Of a stretch of 64,000 nucleotides of DNA, positions 13,379 to 27,216 are shown piece after piece. The stretch lies in NCBI RefSeq assembly GCF_009914755.1, contig NC_060939.1, one strand, 5' to 3'. The position numbers and the translations under genes are program-made. The notes under the pieces are model-generated. The model worked only from the letters and a program-made list of their open reading frames with translations. It searched no databases and was not told the origin of the DNA. The DNA is from the human T2T-CHM13v2.0 reference genome, Homo sapiens. Position 1 is the stretch's first letter. The number at the start of each line of letters is the position of its first letter.

Positions 13379-14872
13379 GTCTGCCACCTTAAGACCCCTA
13401 TTTTAAGATGCACACACACACTGGTGCCCACTCCTGGGTATTTCTTCATAGCTTAGCTCCACTCTGGAAGACCCCAGCCCAGTAACCAGAGCCCAGTTTA
13501 TTTCCCCACCACTGCACAGCACAGGTCCAGACCAGGTAGCCCCAGGCTGTACTCAAGTCTCACTGCCCCTTATGGGGCAGACTGGCCAAGAACTGGGGCA
13601 TGGGCTTTCAGACAGAAGGACTTTGTATACAGTGTTCTACCAGGTCCCCTGTCCCTAGCCCTGTCACCTGTCTCTTTTAGCATGCCCAAGCTTGGGACTG
13701 CCATCTTATCACTTCCTACTCCAGTTAGCACATCCCCCGCAATTATTTTTGTTTTCCATAGGTTCACAGAAGTGTTGAAAGATTCAAGTATGAAAATTAG
13801 CTATCCCTCTCCCTCGAAAGAGCTACTTTCATGAAACAAAGTCTTGCCTGAATATTCTGGGTGGCTAAGAATTAGCCCAGACATACCTCCTGTGGACTCC
13901 TTTTATTACTTCCCTGCCTTTCCTAGACCAGCTTTCCTTAGTGGCCAGTGTAGACTTGGCTTTAGAATGCCTGTACCCGTAAGAGTCTAACGGTAGCCAA
14001 AGTTGGGCCCCAAAGGCCACTTTCTAAGAGCTGCCATCTCTCATACTTCTAATGGGGTGGTCCATTGGGAAGGACACAGGTCATGTGTGGCTCCAAGGAG
14101 CTTTGTAGCATCTATATCAGTGTGAACACATAGAAGGAGTCCAGGGCTTGGGGGAACCACATGGCTTCTTAGATAAAGGAAGCCCAATTTAAAATGAAGA
14201 TTAATGGAGTGGATTACAGGGACACTTAAAAGATAAAAGTAATTATATTCTGTGAAATTCAGCAAGCTGTTTATTGAGCGCAAACCATGTTCGAGACGTT
14301 CCTAAATGAACTGAGTTGTCAAGGCAGAAGGTTGTAATTGGTCTTCTCTTCTCCTTATAGTGACAGTCACTGTCCCCAAGTTACTCAGTGCTGCTATTTC
14401 TCCTGGGAGTCAGATCTAAGTATGTTTTTACAGAGACTCCGAGAGATATTCCAGAAATGAAGTCCCAAAACAAATCACTTTCTAATGTGTGTGGTAACAA
14501 TGCATGTAAATAGGAGTACCATATATGTATGTACTTGCATACATAAATATCTAGCATGGGATTACTTAAGTCTCTAACAGTGCCTGCATTTTGAGATATT
14601 AGAATAATTGACTAGGCTGTAGCATGAATAATTCTATTTGCAATGAGTGTGAAGTCACTACCAAGAAAAGAGAGTTATCAGATACCCACATTAAGATTCT
14701 GTTGATTCTTTACACAGGCCTATCATTTTTTTTTTAAATAGACTCCCTGTTTTAGTAAGATCATCTAGATTTATAATTCATTTGACTAACCTATAATTTT
14801 GAACTCCATAAACAAATGTAAGGGAACTTCTGTTACAGTAAGGAAAAGTTTGCTTGGACAAAAGGAAAAGTG

Positions 14873-15157
14873 GGCTGGGCGTGATGGCTCACGCCTATAA
14901 GCACTTTGGGAGGCCGAGGTCAACAGATCACTTGAGGTTAGGAGTTCAAGACCCAGCCTGGCCAACATGGCGTACCCCCTTGTCTACAAAAATACTGGGC
15001 GTGATGGCGTGCGCCTGTAATCCCAGCTACTTAGAAGGTTGAGCCAGGAGAATTGCTTGAACCCGGGAGGTGGAGGTTACAGTGAGCCAAGACTATGCAC
15101 TGCCCTTTAGCCTAGGCAACAGAATGAGACTCCATCTCAAAAAAAAAAAAAAAAAAA
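14873..15157 (+). mobile_element. AluS
   Basis: Sense Alu dimer with small deletions and a poly-A tail. Confidence 0.9.
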
Positions 15158-16298
15158 GGGAAGAAGTGTTTGGCAAGGGAGGTTTGGATATCTGTCCACA
15201 GAAACCTTTAAAAATGGAATCTACCACCATCTGCCTTAGGTAGTTTAACTACTGTCTCCCTGAACTGTCTGTATAGCCCTTTCCACATGAGTTCTTGTAA
15301 GCTACCCACCCAACGTGTGAAACAAGCAGATTTTTTTTTTATTACGACAGAGACCATTGAACCAAAGTATAAAATAATGCCAAAACAGCAAGGAAAGAGA
15401 ATGTGTTGCTAAAAGCACAACAACAGGTTACTTTGGTTATTGGCCCTGCATTTGCAGCAGCTGACGTTTTCATTAAGGTTTTCCTTTTCACTGTTACATC
15501 TTGAGATGTATTTTACATTCCAGACACGAGAGCAGTGTGACCTGGAGTGAAAAGGGGCAGAGAGAATATAAAATTTCCAGTGGCTTGCTAAGGAAAATTC
15601 TTTGTGTACATTTGCCAGACAGATATTTGGGGAAAACTGAGAAGGTTAGGAGATCCCTGAAGCAATGTAGTTTTTTATTCCAAGATCGTGGAATTATTTG
15701 TTTACCCAAGAGGGCCCCCTATCACAACATGTGAAAATATTTATATCCAGGGGAAATAAGGAGCTGCTCCCTTCGCTGCAGTCCCGCAGTCGGCTATGCA
15801 AGGTCAGCATTTTGGTCTTTTCCAGAATGTGACAATTACAGGAAAAGTCATAGCTCTGCCCTGGAACATCAAGCAGGAGCTTTATCTGCTTATTTTTCAT
15901 GGAAAATTCAAGCCTTTGTTAACATCACTTTGAAAACTTCTTTCTTTGGAAAAGTTAAAAGCCTCCAGCAGCTTTGCAATTTAAGATTATTTTCCCCTTA
16001 AAAAAAGAAGAAGAAAGAACTCGAGATCCTATGAGCCACAACTTCTAAATGTAAATCCTGAGGAAAAGATTTAGCGACAACAGCTTTGTCTCTGAGGAAA
16101 ATGTGCAGTAACCACTTGAAATACTGGATGCCTTAAAAGCTGGCGCAATCATTTGTTAAGATGATTTGTGAGAACCACAGCCCTTTCCCCCAGATGAAAT
16201 GGATGTCTGCTTTAGAATTCTCTAAAATTTTCCACCCCAAGACACACGTGCTGGAGGTGGGAAAATGATGCCCCAGTGCCATTGGAACCACTCTTTTA

Positions 16299-16378
16299 TT
16301 AGGTTGGTGCAAAAGTAAATGCAGTTTTTGCCATTACTTTTAGTGGCAAAAACCGCAATTACTTTTATGCCAACCTAA
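16299..16378. mobile_element. MADE1 (Hsmar1/mariner-derived MITE), full 80 bp
   Basis: TTAGGTTGGTGCAAAAGTAA...TTACTTTTATGCCAACCTAA palindromic termini with TA target duplication on both sides. Confidence 0.92.
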
Positions 16379-16394
16379 TAATAATTCTATTACC

Positions 16395-16684
16395 ATTATT
16401 ATTATTTTGAGCCGGGGTCTCACTCTGTTGCCCAGGCTGGAGTACAGTAGTGCAATCACAGCTTACTACAGCCTTGAGCTCTGTCCCAGTCTTAAGCAAT
16501 CCTCCCACCTCAGCCTCCCAAGTAGCTGGGACTGCAGGTGTGCGCCACCATGCCTGGTTAATTTTTCTATTGACAAGGTCTCACTATGTTGCCCAGGCTG
16601 GTCTCAACCTCCTGGACTCAAGCCATCCACCTGCCTCAGCCTCCCAAGTGCTGGGATTACAGATGTGAGCCACCATGCCCAGCC
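16395..16684 (-). mobile_element. AluJ
   Basis: Diverged antisense dimer with an (ATT)n tail. Confidence 0.85.
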
Positions 16685-17183
16685 ACTTTTTTCTTCCATG
16701 TTTTCTATCTTTGTCAGATAAGTTCCATTCTTGCCTTTTCAACTTTCACAAGCTGTCCCAAGCAAATTATATTTGACCTGGTTTCAGATGTAGTTGTTTT
16801 TTAAGGCTTGGGAAAAACCAGTGTGTTTTGTTGAGTTTGAGGCAGTGAGGAAAGGCGATCAGGATTCCTTAGACCCCCTCCAACTGGAATCAGATCCAAA
16901 ACTTCATAAAGACCAGGCTTTTAACTTCCCCCAAGGCACAAAACCAGGAGATGATTTTCTCCATTTTACTTTTATTTCGACAAAAAAAGAATTGAGGGTT
17001 TTTCTTGAGTCTCAAGTAACACTTTTCTAAAGTTGCCAATTTAAAACCCCACATTTTATGTCTTTGAGCTACATTCCTTTCTAATAAACACTGGTAGTTC
17101 GTTGGATCACCCTGTGGGCTGGTCATATTTACTGAGAAGCTCACTATTGCATGGAGAAGCTTAGCATTTTTAAACTCCTTATC

Positions 17184-17480
17184 TTTTTTTTTTTTTTTTT
17201 TTTTTGAGACAGAGTCTGTCGCCCAGGCTGGAGTACAATGGTGTGATCTCGGCTCACTGCAACCTCCGCCACCGGGTTCAAGCGATTCTCCTGCCTCAGC
17301 CTCCTGAGTAGCTGAGATTACAGGCACCCACCATCATGCCAGGCTGATTTTTGTATTTATAGTAGAGACGGGGTTTTGCTACATTGTCCAGGCTGGTCTC
17401 GAACTCCTGGCCTCAAGTGATCCACCCATCTCAGCCTCCCAAAGTGCTGGGATTACAGGCGTGAGCCACTGTGGCCAGTC
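17184..17480 (-). mobile_element. AluS
   Basis: Antisense dimer with poly-T; TSD-like cttatcttttt. Confidence 0.9.
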
Positions 17481-17527
17481 TAAATCTCTTATCTTTTTGG
17501 ATACAGACTCAAAAAATGAATTTCCTC

Positions 17528-17899
<372 letters not shown>

Positions 17900-20535
17900 T
17901 CATTTAAATGCCCTAGCTGTTCCATGTGCCTCTGCAAAGTAATGGTAAGAGAGTTATTATTTATCAAGTCCTACCGCATGTCAGATGCTGTGATGGGCCC
18001 AATCTTGTTTCTCCTCACAACTGCAGTGAGATAACAATCTTTTTTTCTTCCCCATTTCACAGATAAGTAAACCCAGGCTCAGGGAACTTAGTTAAACTGC
18101 CCAAGACCACACAACTACAGTCGCTAGTATGCGAGCCACTTTAAATAACTTTTTGGAATAAGCGAATGTTCCAAGTAAGTAAATAAGTTAACAAGTAAAT
18201 ATGTGGAGTAGCCAGGATTCAAACCCAGGTTAGTCGGGCATCACAACCCTGGCTGCCTCTCTGTACCAGTCTGCCTCCTTTTCCAGCAGTACACATTCAT
18301 ATGGCACTTTCATCTTTTTGAGATTTTCCACATGTACCTGTTCATTTGACCATCCCATCAGCCCCCAGAATGGGACATAGCTTCTGTCCTGTGTCACAGG
18401 GGAAGGAACAAAGGCCCCTCAAGGTTAATGGGCTCACCCAGAATGTCAGGTTCCCAAGGAGAAGGCAGAGCTGGATGAAGGTCCCTAGTCCTTTCTGCTG
18501 CCCAAAGGGGTGAAACATTGAGAACAGGGCTGGCTGGGAATCCTGAGATCCCATTCTTCCTCTTAAATTCAGCCCTCCTGGCCCATGAACATCAGTGGAT
18601 GAAGCCTGTTTCAGCTTGTCCTTGATAACCCTGCATCCCTTCCGTGTGCTGTCCAAATAGGATTGTGCAGACACACATGCAAGATACCTGTGAGGCTGAG
18701 CCTCAAGGGGGTCTCCAGGTACCTAGATGACAGTTGCGTGACTTGGCACAGCGCTGAATATGGAGGCAAAGCCCTGGGTTGACTGAGAACACCAAAGGCC
18801 TTTGCAGCTGTTGCCTCACTTACTCTCATCCCCTTGTTTTCTGGTGCTGGCCTTCCTTGGAGCTTCTTAACTGGAATTTTATTTCTGATGACCACTGGGC
18901 CAGCTGCACCATTGATCATATACAGGCTCCCTTGCTATATGCATCGTGTCACCTCCAAGAAAGGGGCCGGGCAGCAGGGCACTGGGGTATGTTTTTAGAG
19001 CGTAGCCTTTGGTGTGGGGTGGCACTAAGGGAACACAAAAGTGTTGTTGAGGATGTATCCCACCATGGATCATGTCATCCCATAGGGTTCAGGTTCAAGA
19101 CAGCTCAAGAGCGGGTCCTCCCTCCCTCCCACTCTCAAGGGGATTTAAGATACAGGTGTTCGTCCCGGTGCCTTGCATTTTGCAAATAGAAAGCTCAGGC
19201 TGGACTCTGCACGGGAGCAGGAGGAGTGCACAGAGAAGTTTGAGAGCCTGGGTCTCTTCTAGCATCATGGTTTCATGCCATGTTCTTCAAAACCCACGGA
19301 GAAGGTTCTGCATGTTTGCCCCTAGTGTCACTTTTTAAACTTAATTTAACTATTGTAGAAACTGTTAGGAAAACCCGCCTTGCTGTCAACCTTTCACTCA
19401 TGTGGGTGGCAGAAAGGAGCTTTTGAGTGTGGTCTTGGCCAAATGGGAACCCCTTGGGGGCCACCGGTGCTTTGCTTCAGGCTGCTGGGTAGTTTTGTGC
19501 TGATCTCAGGCTGCTGCTGCTGCATCTGCCTTGTCCGCAGTGGTCAAGAACTGGGAGGAAACTGCTCTCCTTTGCTTTCTTTATGCATGTAACAGGATTT
19601 TCTCAACACTGTGTCACCAAAGCAAAACACAGAAATAATTTGGTGGCTAAGGCTGTAACTAGCCTTCATAACCTTATCTGTAAAACTTTGATTCACTCAG
19701 TCTCATTTTTGGCTTTTTATTGGGTCAAAGATACACATTTTAACTCATAAAGGAAGAGTATACTAATAACCCATTACTGCTATCCGTTTGACATATTGAG
19801 ATCCACAAGAGATTTAATTTCGAGAGGGAGAGGAAGGGTTCTGCTGCTAAGTCGAAAAATCAAAGAAGTTAGAAAAACACTGATCTACCGAGTAGAGCAC
19901 TGTGCTCAGGATTAAAGACCTGGATTCTCACCTAGTTTTGCCAGGGACCAGCTGTGTGATCTTAGGCAAATCACATCACTTCTCTGGGTCTGTAAAATGG
20001 GGAGGTTGAACTGGTAAGATCTTTTTTACCTTGAAATTCTATAAATGTTTCTAACTCCATTTCCTTCTTACTTGACTTTTCCAGCAGCACTTTATCCTTT
20101 AAAGATCTGTGGTCATCACTGACCTCAGAGCCCTTGCCTCTAGATTATCTTACCCTGAAATACTTAGGTTTTAACTCTGTGGATCTGGAACACTTCAAGA
20201 GCCAGATTGTTTGAAACTTTAATGGGGTATACCCCTGCTTCAGCTTAACATTATTTTCAAACCAACAAACATGTCCCGCAAACACATATATTTAAATGAC
20301 ATGACATCTGTGTGGGCTGGAGTGTTTTTCCCGCCTCAGCGGCAGCCATACTACTACACCAGTCCAGATCTGTTTGCAGAGCTGCCGTGTTGTGCAGTCC
20401 AGAGGTGCTGCTGCTGTTGTATTCTGCATGGAGGTAGTCAACAAGACAGCCCTGCTTAATTATGAAATGTCTGTAGCACCCTGTGTACGAAGGTGTATAG
20501 AAGTGTATAGAAAGCACCCAAAAGAGCAGCAGCTT

Positions 20536-20850
20536 GGCTGGGCCTGGTGGCTCACACCTGTAATCTCAGCACTTTGGGAGGCCAAGGTGGGCGGATCACT
20601 TGAGGTGGACGGATCACCTGAGGTCAGGAGTTCGAGACCAGCCTGGCCAACATGGTGAAACCCCGTCTCTACTAAAAAAAAAAAAATACAAAAATTAGCT
20701 GGGTGTTGTGGTGGCCACCTGTAATCCCAGCTATTCAGGAGGCTGAGGCAGGAGAATGCTTGGACCTGGGAGGCGGAGATTGCAGTGAGCCAAGACCACA
20801 CCACTGCCCTCCAGCCTAGGTGACAGAACAAGACTCTATCTCAAAAAAAA
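20536..20850 (+). mobile_element. AluS with an internal ~17-bp tandem duplication (ggcggatcacttgaggt/gacggatcacctgaggt)
   Basis: Sense dimer; duplicated segment visible at about 20590-20624. Confidence 0.9.
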
Positions 20851-22129
20851 GAAGAAAGTGTGTAGAAGACACCTAAAGAGCAGAAGCTCAACTTTGTCGA
20901 TCACGAGAATATTCTACTAAATGGATTTAAAAGTTCTTTGGGCCTTTAAGGGGTTTAAAGGAAGAGAGTTTTTTCCCTAAAAACAGTGTTTCAATAATAT
21001 GAGAAATAACAATTGCAGCACCCCTCATTCTCCAAAGTCACCCTTTCTTTAACTGTGACTAATGAGATGGTATTGGAAGATAGCATCCAGGGGGCCAAAA
21101 ATCTCCCAGGTTTTATTCACAATACCTGAGATCTTTTCATAACTATTCCTGATAGACGCTGGAAAAATAAAAGCCATAGCTTCTAGCTCTTGTAGATTCT
21201 TGAAAATAACACTGACCCATGCTTAAAGTTTTGGTTAGGTTTGAGTTGCCTACCTGGGCTGGAAGGCAGATTATTTATGGCAGCTGTATCGATCAGACCA
21301 AAATGAAATTTGATGTGAAACAGGGCCGGAGGAATGCAAACTTCGGGGAGGTGGAAGTGGAATTTGTTACACCTTAAAGGAGACAGCTGGCAGCTAATCC
21401 ACAGCGGAGCCCACTTGGCCTCTCTTAGGCAAAGTACCTTTTATAATCACACAACCCAGGAGTTATTAAAAGAATGTGTGCCTGCTGAGCTTTTAGCTCT
21501 AAAAATGTACCTTTTAAAGGAAACCTCAAACCTGGCCTGATAGGAAGTCTGGGCTTGGTATGGTCGCTGTCCCCATGGGATACAGCTGGGGAAGGGGGTG
21601 TTCTGGTTGGTAAACATACCAATTTTGCAAGAATCTGAACACTTCAAAATATGCTTAATACGGAAACCACATTTTGAACCTCTAATTACCCTCTAGAGCT
21701 ATTTTGAAGAATAAATGAAATTAAACACATTACCTGCTTAGAAGAGGCCTTGACACACAATAGGGGCTCAGTAAATGCTTGTTGAATGAATAACAGAATT
21801 ATCCCACAAAGTTCCTCTAATTAACATTCTTACCAGGTGGCTGGAGGAGCAGATAAGCTATAAACCAGGAAAGATATGTATCAAGGAGGGTATCACGCTA
21901 GGACCTCAAGATACAGCCTTGCTAGGTAGAGACTGGGCATTTTACAGTCTCTCAAAAGGGAAGCAAAATCAACCAAATTCCATACTTCACCAAACACAGA
22001 CTCCTAATAGGAGTGGAATTTTCCTAGCCAGGCTCCCATAGGACATAGGAGAAATTTTCCACGTAGGGAAGGCCTCGATGGCAGAGTCCATCACGCTTCT
22101 CCTTCCCCATCCTGGGCTTGCCTCTGCAG

Positions 22130-22276
22130 ATCGGATTCCAGATTCGCACTCGTGTGCAGGACCTGGGCCACGGCTGTATCTTCCTGGTGCAGAAGGCAGG
22201 GGCCCTCCAGGTCTGCCCCACAGACAGCTACACCAAGAGGGAGCTGATCGAATGCGCCCGTGCCGTCACGGAAAAG
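22130..22276 (+). CDS. TLN2: Talin-2 coding exon (window exon 5), R10; IGFQIRTRVQ...ECARAVTEK (first half of the VBS3-like helix)
   Basis: cctctgcag| acceptor, AAG|GTAAGG donor; 147 nt. YTKRELIECARAVTEK resembles talin vinculin-binding site 3. Confidence 0.97.
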
Positions 22277-23328
22277 GTAAGGAGCAGCCCTCAGTTTAGA
22301 GTCACAAGAACCTGCGCTGGCTCTCAGTGATCCGCTGTAATCAAGGACAAAAGCAGGAAACTCAGCCAAAACTAACCCAGCTGACTCAGCTGTCTCATCC
22401 CGATCTTCCCCACTGCCCAGGTTCTCCCAAAAATGGGGTGCATCAGGGAGCTGGGGTGATCATAGGCCCAGAGAATTTGAGGGCTTAGAGGGACTATCCC
22501 ATGAAGGTCAGGCCCTGGCACTCCCCCTTCTTGCAGGGCTTCCCCGTAGGCAGATTGTATCAAAGTCCCCATCAGCAGCCAGGAGCCCCTGGTCAGGGGA
22601 GGCCTGGAGCCAGAGCCCTTTCCTGCAACCTCTGTTGACACCATCTTTCTTCTCAAGGAGGCTGCTGAGGGCTGAGGGCTGAGTCAGGAGGAGTGAAAAT
22701 CCCTTTGGTGTAACCTCTAATTTACAGATGAGACAGTGAAGTGGGGGTGGGTTAGGCCACATGGGGCAGTGGCGTGTGCCTTTGTGGAGAAGCAGAAACT
22801 TGTCCTCGGTTTTCTGATTCTAAAGACAGTTGTTTGTAGAGAGATTCCCATGGGGTAGTGAAGAAGGCTCTAAGATCTTAGCTAAGGTACTTCAGCTTTC
22901 CACAACTTGATTTCCTCATCTGTAAAATGAGGATAAAAATATATAATATCTGACTGATAGAACTGCAAAGATTTACTGTGCTGATATGTGTAAAAGTGCC
23001 TGGTACAGTGCCAGACACACAGTTACACATGTAATAAATCTAGCTACTGTTTTCTCTAACTTTCCTCCAAACTTCTTTTTCCCCAGGCAGTTTTCCCCAG
23101 TTAACCACGCCATACTCTGAATGTTTCTTCATTCCCAAGTAGCTCTTCTATTCTCCCCCAGTATGCGAGTCTTTTGCTTTGCTTTTTGTCTCGGAATCAT
23201 TTTTCAGGTCAGCTGTTTTGCAGGCTGCTTGAGGTACAGGATAAAGCATCCAGGCTTGGTGGCTTTTCCCCTTCCCTTAACTCTGGTTCATAGGACACAG
23301 AGCTCTGTCCTGTTTAGAAACTTGGCAG

Positions 23329-23816
<488 letters not shown>

Positions 23817-25599
23817 TCAGCTGGAGGAAGGCATTTGCCTTCCTTTCAAAGCCCTTTCTTGTTATTGAAGTTATTCTTGCCAAGTTCCCCCATAAAAGGC
23901 CTTATAGCGGGAGCACCAGGAAGGGAGGAGAGGGGTCCGAGCTACATAGTGTTTGTAGGCATGGCCAAGCAGCTTGGTCTTCCTGAGCTGGCCTCGGCCG
24001 CTACCTGTCCCGGCTTTGGGTCCCTGATTTAGGACACCTGGAGGGATCACCAAAGGAGAGGAGGTGGCTCGTTCCTAGCAACTGGCCTTTTGACTGTTTC
24101 TTGCTGTGCGTCCCTGTCCTCTATGCCTTGTGTCTCGTTATATGCCTTGATGGTGTGTATAGTGTACCCACACACAGCCATGACTTGTCTGCCTTTGTGT
24201 CCTCAGACCCTAGTGACTAGCAGATACTCAGTAAACACCTGCTGGCTGGCACACCCTTCACAGAGGGTGGGATGCTATTTCTGGACTCTTTTTCTTTCAC
24301 CTTGGCTAAGAATGTCTCTCTCCCAGACACATATACAACCCTGCAGGCTTCCCGTGATACTTGTCTTGGCCTTTGTCACCCATCCTCTGAGGGGCTTTCC
24401 AGAACCTGGATACCTCATTTCCCGGCCAGCTCTATGCCAGTCTGACTTGTCTTTTCCTGGCAGGACCTAGTAGCATTTGAAAGAAAGGCAGATGAGGAAG
24501 AGAAACAATTCCTTGTGGGCTGGTCTTGGAACGTGGTAGGTACCCAGGAAATGGTCCCTGTGCCTCTCCTGCCAGACTGTGTCCACAGCCTCTGCTGAGA
24601 TCTCAGCAGCACGGGGGACAGAGTGTCTCATACTCCATGCCTCTTGCTGGCACGGTAACACAGTGACTCCCCTGCCCTGGTCAGCATGTTTGAAGAAATC
24701 TACCTACGAAACGTTGTCAGATTCTTCTTTGGGTCGTAGTCAAGGGTAGTGGGTGTGTGCACGCAGAGGTTAATACAAAGACTCAAAGAGCCTCCAGCCA
24801 CTAGCCTGACACATGCGATTTACATTGGGTGCATTGGGCCATCCTGAGGGCAAGAACGGTGTGCTGTGGCGTCCCGGGAGGCAGGGCTGTCTCTGGAAGA
24901 GGAGAGCAGGGGGAGGTGTCCGGGGCTCAGCTGTTTTGCAGGCTGCTTGAGGCACAGGATGATACATCCGTGCTTGGTGGCTTTTCCTTCTTCCTTCACT
25001 TTGGCATCTGACGGGGCAACTAGTTCGGTGGCTGCGGGAGAGGGGCAGGAGTCGTTGCAGGCAGAGCGCAGACCCAGGGTGGAGAGGTGGGAGTGTTTGG
25101 GAAAGTCAGGAGCTGGCGGGTGTGGTGAGAGCCAGGTGAAGCGGACACATGACCAGAAACGGAGCTCAGCCAGGGGAGATTTGTAAGCAGGGTGTTAGTG
25201 TGGTCAGGTTTATGTCATAGGAAAGTACCTCGGAGCAGTGAGGGTGTACGTGATGGGTGAGGGTGACAGCACAGGATTTCTGACATGGAAGACACCCGAG
25301 TGAACTTGCTGGGCCCTCGGGGCACTGAAATGATGGTTCGGGGGTGGATGATGGCTTGCAGGAGTGTTAGAAGTGGAGAGGTCACATACACAGATCCCCT
25401 CTAGACTCCAGCCCTTCTGAACTCCATTCTGGAGAATTTCCATCCCAGCAAAGGTGTGATGAGTGTTAGCAGTGGCCTGTTCCTACTGAAAACCTAATAA
25501 AAGGGGATGTAATCGCCACACCTTTCACAGGAGTCTAATCCTTTCTCCCGTTCTGTGGTTTCAGAAACATAGCAGTAATTGAATAAATAGCATCTGCCC

Positions 25600-25830
25600 T
25601 CTGCTGAGTACTTACTATGTGCCAAATGCCTTGCTAGACACTTTACAGATATTTTTCTTCCTACTTAATTCTCTCAACAACCCTAATAGGCCAGAAATAG
25701 TGGCCCCATTTTACAGATGAGGAAACTGAGGTTTGGAGAGGTAAAGCAGCTTTGCCTAAGGTCACAGGGCCTGTAAATGGCAAAGCTGGTATCCAGACTG
25801 AGGCCGTTGACTCCAGATGTGTGTTGTTAA
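25600..25830 (-). mobile_element. MIR SINE
   Basis: tgagtacttactatgtgcc...ccccattttacagatgaggaaactgagg...tgcctaaggtcacag is the antisense MIR core. Confidence 0.8.
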
Positions 25831-25940
25831 CCTCTAAGCTACATCAACTCCTAGGAGAGAATTCATTATTTTCAGAATCTGCTTTTAGGTCCTGTTCTCT
25901 CCATTTCTTAGCTCCCCTCACATTCCCTTTCTGCCTACAG

Positions 25941-26107
25941 GTCTCCTTGGTGCTCTCGGCTCTCCAGGCCGGGAACAAAGGAACCCAGGCATGCATTACA
26001 GCCGCCACCGCTGTGTCTGGGATCATTGCCGACCTGGACACCACCATTATGTTTGCAACAGCGGGGACGCTGAATGCAGAGAACAGTGAGACCTTCGCAG
26101 ACCACAG
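25941..26107 (+). CDS. TLN2: Talin-2 coding exon (window exon 6), R10/R11; VSLVLSALQAGNKGTQ...ETFADH(R)
   Basis: ctgcctacag| acceptor, CAG|GTACGT donor; 167 nt, phase 0-2. Confidence 0.97.
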
Positions 26108-27032
26108 GTACGTGGGGGTCCTGGACGGGGAGAGGTTCAGGCTGGCCTGCCCCTGAAACTCATGATCGACTTGGAGACGCCACCTGGGAGCCAGAAATGT
26201 AGTTATCTGTTTTGATTTCAACAAGATGCACAAGTTGGGAAAGTGAACCATGTAATCAGAATAAGCCCCCTTTGCCAACTGTAAACACAGTGTCGTGGTT
26301 CGAGCTTTGCCTTTGACAGCCTTAAATCCAGCCTGCTACAGCAAAGGACAGATTTTAGACCTGCCACACGCTGAGCCAGAGAGCCGTTCCTCAAACTGCT
26401 GGCCAACCCCAGCAGGATTGGGAATGGCAGGGGCAGGCATATTTCGCTTAAACCCTGTTTTGGGAAGATAGGGGCTCAAAGCCCCTATCTCTGCTCAGCT
26501 TGCACTCAGCCTCTCTATCTGCTGCTAGGGTCCCCTGAAACCTCACCACATGTCCTATACCTTTCTTCCCCTCTGCAATCCAAGGGCTGGGCTAGGGAGG
26601 CAGTTCCCAGAGCTCTGCTGTCCCTTCCCAAGCCCAGCCTCTGATCCTGAACAAGGTGCCCCAACCCATGTGTCCTCACAGTCACTAGCTATGGAGTATT
26701 TTAAGGGACAGTGGGAGTCACAGAAAAGAAGCTGACCTTTCATTGAACTATAGGGCTTGGGAAGGGAGCCAGGTTGGTGGGCCTGACTCTTTCACTGAAG
26801 TTTTCATGTCAGTCGGCTATGTGAATGAATACTGGTTGACTTTCTTCTTCTCCCCCCAGTTTTGCATTTGTGGAAGATGAGAGTCCGTTGGTAAAGGGAG
26901 GTGTAACACAGCACTTCTCTTCTTCAAAGCCCTTTAACAAAAGCCCCATGTGAGGGATTTCTTTTCTTCTTGAAGTAATCAAGCTTTGCCCTCTGTCTCT
27001 CCCCCTCTCCCCTGCCCTCCTGGCTCTCTCAG

Positions 27033-27216
27033 GGAGAACATTCTCAAGACGGCCAAGGCCTTGGTAGAAGACACGAAACTACTTGTGTCAGGAGCTGCGT
27101 CCACTCCTGACAAGCTGGCCCAGGCGGCCCAGTCCTCAGCAGCCACCATCACCCAGCTCGCAGAAGTGGTCAAGCTGGGGGCAGCCAGCCTGGGCTCCGA
27201 CGACCCCGAGACCCAG
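27033..27216 (+). CDS. TLN2: Talin-2 coding exon (window exon 7), R11; (R)ENILKTAKAL...SDDPETQ
   Basis: ctctctcag| acceptor, CAG|GTACCA donor; 184 nt, phase 2-0, completing the split Arg codon AG/G. Confidence 0.97.

Noticed and set aside
25844-26278. 144-aa antisense ORF overlapping exon 6 (also 26979, 35362, 63190)
   Set aside because: Antisense shadows of real TLN2 exons.
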